Shown: piece by piece, positions 61,697-64,000 of the stretch | Numbering within the stretch: position 1 is the stretch's first letter | How the letters are laid out: every line of letters begins with the position of its first letter | Virus record (IMG/VR): IMGVR_UViG_3300013137_000018 | Location: 2,773-66,772 of that record | Origin: a virus | Reading direction: 5' to 3' (one strand) | Length of the DNA stretch: 64,000 nucleotides | Notes under the pieces: model-generated | Database searches by the model: none | Told to the model about the DNA's origin: nothing | Seen by the model: the letters and a program-made list of their open reading frames with translations, nothing else | Program-made: the position numbers and the translations under genes

Positions 61697-63502
61697 ATGG
61701 ATAGCAAACAGTTAAAGAAAATCGCTGATGACCATTTTGGTGCAAGACCTATTGCTAATATAGAGTTGCGACCACTTATTCAGCGTGAAGACATTCACAA
61801 AAATATTTCACAATGTATCATTGAGATGATTACATCATATAACTTGCCTTATTACGGTGAGTTTTGCCAGTTTATTAACTTCTTTGAAGCTAAGATTGGT
61901 ACTTGTGGTGTTAATGTAGGACCTAATGGTATGAACTTTTACTGGGACAGAACGTGGATTGAATCACGCACTCGTAAAGAAACTATATTTACAATTGTAC
62001 ATGAAGTATTTCACCTTTTGTTCGACCACCAGAAGCGTGGTGTAGGTTATGATAAGAAGATTGCTAACCTTGCCGCTGATATGATTATCAACTCTATCAT
62101 TCACGGTGACCTCATGATTGGTGAAGGTCTTACAAAAATGATTGAAATTCCAAAAGATAAGTACGGAAATAACACTGTTGTTTTCCTTCCAAAGGATTAC
62201 AAAGGTGAACCTATTTTCGAAGATGTTTATCACTATTTAAATAAACAATTCAATGAATGGAGAAATAAAAACTCTCATAAACTTCAGCAAAAGAAACAAG
62301 TATCTGTTGATAAGGACGGTAATGTAACTATTGACGGTAAAAAATATTGTGGCAAATGTGGTCAGGAAATGAAAGATGACAAATGCCAAGGTGGACAAGG
62401 TCAACAGAAAGACCAGAATGGTCAAGGTCAGCAACAAGATCCTAATGGTCAAGGTGGTAATGGTCAAAATCAACCACAAGACCAGAAAGAACAGAACCAG
62501 AATGGTAATGGTGGTAATGGTAATGAACAGAAAGACCAGAAACAAAATCAGAACCAGAATGGAAATGGTCAGGGTCAACAGAATCAAGATCCTGGAGACG
62601 GCAATCGTTGTCCACAGTGCGGTCAGGAAAAACCTCAGGGTGGAAAAGGACAAGGTCAGGGTCAACCTCATGATGGTGAAGGCGAAGATGGTGAAAGCAA
62701 TGATGATGGTAACAGTAATCCTACCGAAGGTTATGGTCAAAATGGAAAGTCTGGTGATAAAGGTCAGAATGGTGTAGATATGTACCCTATTGAAAAATTC
62801 TTTGAAAACATTGAATCAAACAAGGGTCAGTCATTTGATATTCACTTTGACGATGATGTTCCTGAAGCTGCAAGAAAACAGTTTGTTGAATCAACTATGG
62901 AAAAACTTAAAAACCGTGGTCTTGTCAGTGGTAACATTGAAAAGATTCTCAACAAGCTAAGAAAATCTGAAAAAGACTATTTGAAAGAAATCAAGAGAAA
63001 TCTTTCTAATGATATATTTGGTAATAAGAAACAGAAATCTATTACCAAGCCAAATCGTAGAGGGGTTTGGGGTCTTAAAGGGCAGAGAAAATACAAAACT
63101 CGTATCAACTGTATTCTTGATACCTCTGGCTCTATGGGTGGTGAATTTGAAAGAGTTCTTTCATATATCTTCCAGAATGATATTGAAATCAATCTTATTG
63201 AATGTGATACTGAAGTAAAACACTTCGTTCATATTAAGAATAAGAAAGAACTTGAAAAGATGCCTATTAAAGGTCTTGGTGGTACTACATTGACACCTGG
63301 TCTTCAGTATATCGCTGCTGATAAAGAATTGAACAAGTTTAATACTGTTATTCTTACTGATGGATATAGCGATGCACTCGACATAACAGGAGTAAAAGGG
63401 AATGTATTGGTTCTTTCAACTGGTGTTAAATGTCCTACAGTACAATCTGGTAGCAAAAAACTTCGTCAGATTATAATTGATAAAGGTGAAAAGAACGGTT
63501 AG
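61697..63502 (+). CDS. DUF2201-type HExxH metallopeptidase-like plus VWA domain protein
   Basis: IVHEVFH..H, ANLAADMIIN, Q/G/N-rich linker flanked by CxxC pairs, ILDTSGSM MIDAS, GGT, ILTDG. Confidence 0.88.
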   Translation: MDSKQLKKIADDHFGARPIANIELRPLIQREDIHKNISQCIIEMITSYNLPYYGEFCQFINFFEAKIGTCGVNVGPNGMNFYWDRTWIESRTRKETIFTIVHEVFHLLFDHQKRGVGYDKKIANLAADMIINSIIHGDLMIGEGLTKMIEIPKDKYGNNTVVFLPKDYKGEPIFEDVYHYLNKQFNEWRNKNSHKLQQKKQVSVDKDGNVTIDGKKYCGKCGQEMKDDKCQGGQGQQKDQNGQGQQQDPNGQGGNGQNQPQDQKEQNQNGNGGNGNEQKDQKQNQNQNGNGQGQQNQDPGDGNRCPQCGQEKPQGGKGQGQGQPHDGEGEDGESNDDGNSNPTEGYGQNGKSGDKGQNGVDMYPIEKFFENIESNKGQSFDIHFDDDVPEAARKQFVESTMEKLKNRGLVSGNIEKILNKLRKSEKDYLKEIKRNLSNDIFGNKKQKSITKPNRRGVWGLKGQRKYKTRINCILDTSGSMGGEFERVLSYIFQNDIEINLIECDTEVKHFVHIKNKKELEKMPIKGLGGTTLTPGLQYIAADKELNKFNTVILTDGYSDALDITGVKGNVLVLSTGVKCPTVQSGSKKLRQIIIDKGEKNG

Positions 63503-64000
63503 TGTATAAATTTTTTCTGAAATATTTTTACTCTTGGTATATCCTGCCTATGATATTGATACACGAATGTTGTCATATCTTGGCGGGTTATTTCCTTGGT
63601 TTTAAAATTTTAGATTTTAAGTTATATAAAGTAGATAATCCTCCACTATATAATAGTTATATTATGTACGAACATAGGAAATATGATTGGAAATGGAGTG
63701 TAGTATTATATGCACCTGCAATATTGATATTACCAATAATATTATTTTTTGTACATCCTATATTTCTTTTTATAGGTATTTACTTTTTAAGTACTACTAT
63801 ATTCCATAATGGAAAACCTTTGTTCTTGTTCTTACCAAGTTCAGCAGACTTGAAATATAAAATAAGAGTAAACTATTATTCATATTTAGTAGAGAATTCC
63901 TCTTATGAAGAATTTAATTATTACTTAAAAACAAGAAGACTTAAAGAATTAATAAGTAAATATCACTTGCTTACAGAAAGAGAATATTTTTTTGAGAAAA
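63502..64000 (+). CDS. Membrane zinc metalloprotease-like protein (M50/site-2-protease-like); runs off the window
   Basis: GTG start overlapping the upstream TAG; MYKFFLK..LIHECCHILAG, LYAPAILILPII transmembrane segment, LPSSADL; not in the ORF track. Confidence 0.65.
   Translation, partial: MYKFFLKYFYSWYILPMILIHECCHILAGYFLGFKILDFKLYKVDNPPLYNSYIMYEHRKYDWKWSVVLYAPAILILPIILFFVHPIFLFIGIYFLSTTIFHNGKPLFLFLPSSADLKYKIRVNYYSYLVENSSYEEFNYYLKTRRLKELISKYHLLTEREYFFEK

Noticed and set aside
2179-63218. Short antisense or alternate-frame ORFs in the track (e.g. 2179, 4022, 4481, 7668, 9882, 10899, 11865, 33650, 46369, 62237, 62376)
   Set aside because: Shadows of longer, motif-supported genes or of low-complexity repeats
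63543-63590. Terminator-like hairpin cctgccta...tggcggg after the VWA gene
   Set aside because: Imperfect pairing, and it lies within the coding sequence of the HExxH membrane protein
1-64000. Stop-codon recoding (TAG=Gln or TGA=Trp/Gly), as in some Bacteroidota phages
   Set aside because: Multi-kb ORFs are intact in the standard code; reading through the TAG at 22408 or 32392, or the TGA at 44032 or 47260, hits TAA within a few codons

Overview
Very AT-rich, densely coding segment of a large T4-like (jumbo) tailed phage genome, standard genetic code. The host is probably Bacteroidota, based on A-rich ribosome-binding regions without Shine-Dalgarno sequences, TAnnTTTG promoter boxes and a Bacteroidota-type secreted protein. 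The window holds (i) a virion/fibre module with giant Ser/Thr/Gly-rich HxH-repeat fibres, a gp14-like neck protein, a YadA-like repeat adhesin and a LamG protein; (ii) recombination/replication genes (UvsW, UvsY-like, DinG/XPD-like helicase, type IIA topoisomerase, dNMP kinase); (iii) many intact and decayed homing endonucleases. The main signal is two naturally split inteins. One fractures UvsW inside its DE|CH motif and has a free-standing endonuclease between the halves. The other fractures topoisomerase II inside DAD|CDG and has only an 8-codon endonuclease fossil between the halves. The two pairs have opposite charge polarity (UvsW IntN about -7 / IntC about +6; Topo IntN about +8 / IntC about -8), which suggests natural electrostatic orthogonality. 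Other signals: an A_AAA_AAC -1 frameshift (or homopolymer indel) joining a docking domain to a ~3030-aa fibre, a recurrent TTAATATATA promoter-like motif, capsid-targeting-like leaders on small proteins, and phased 11-bp repeats next to a ribbon-helix-helix gene. All calls were made by eye, without database searches.
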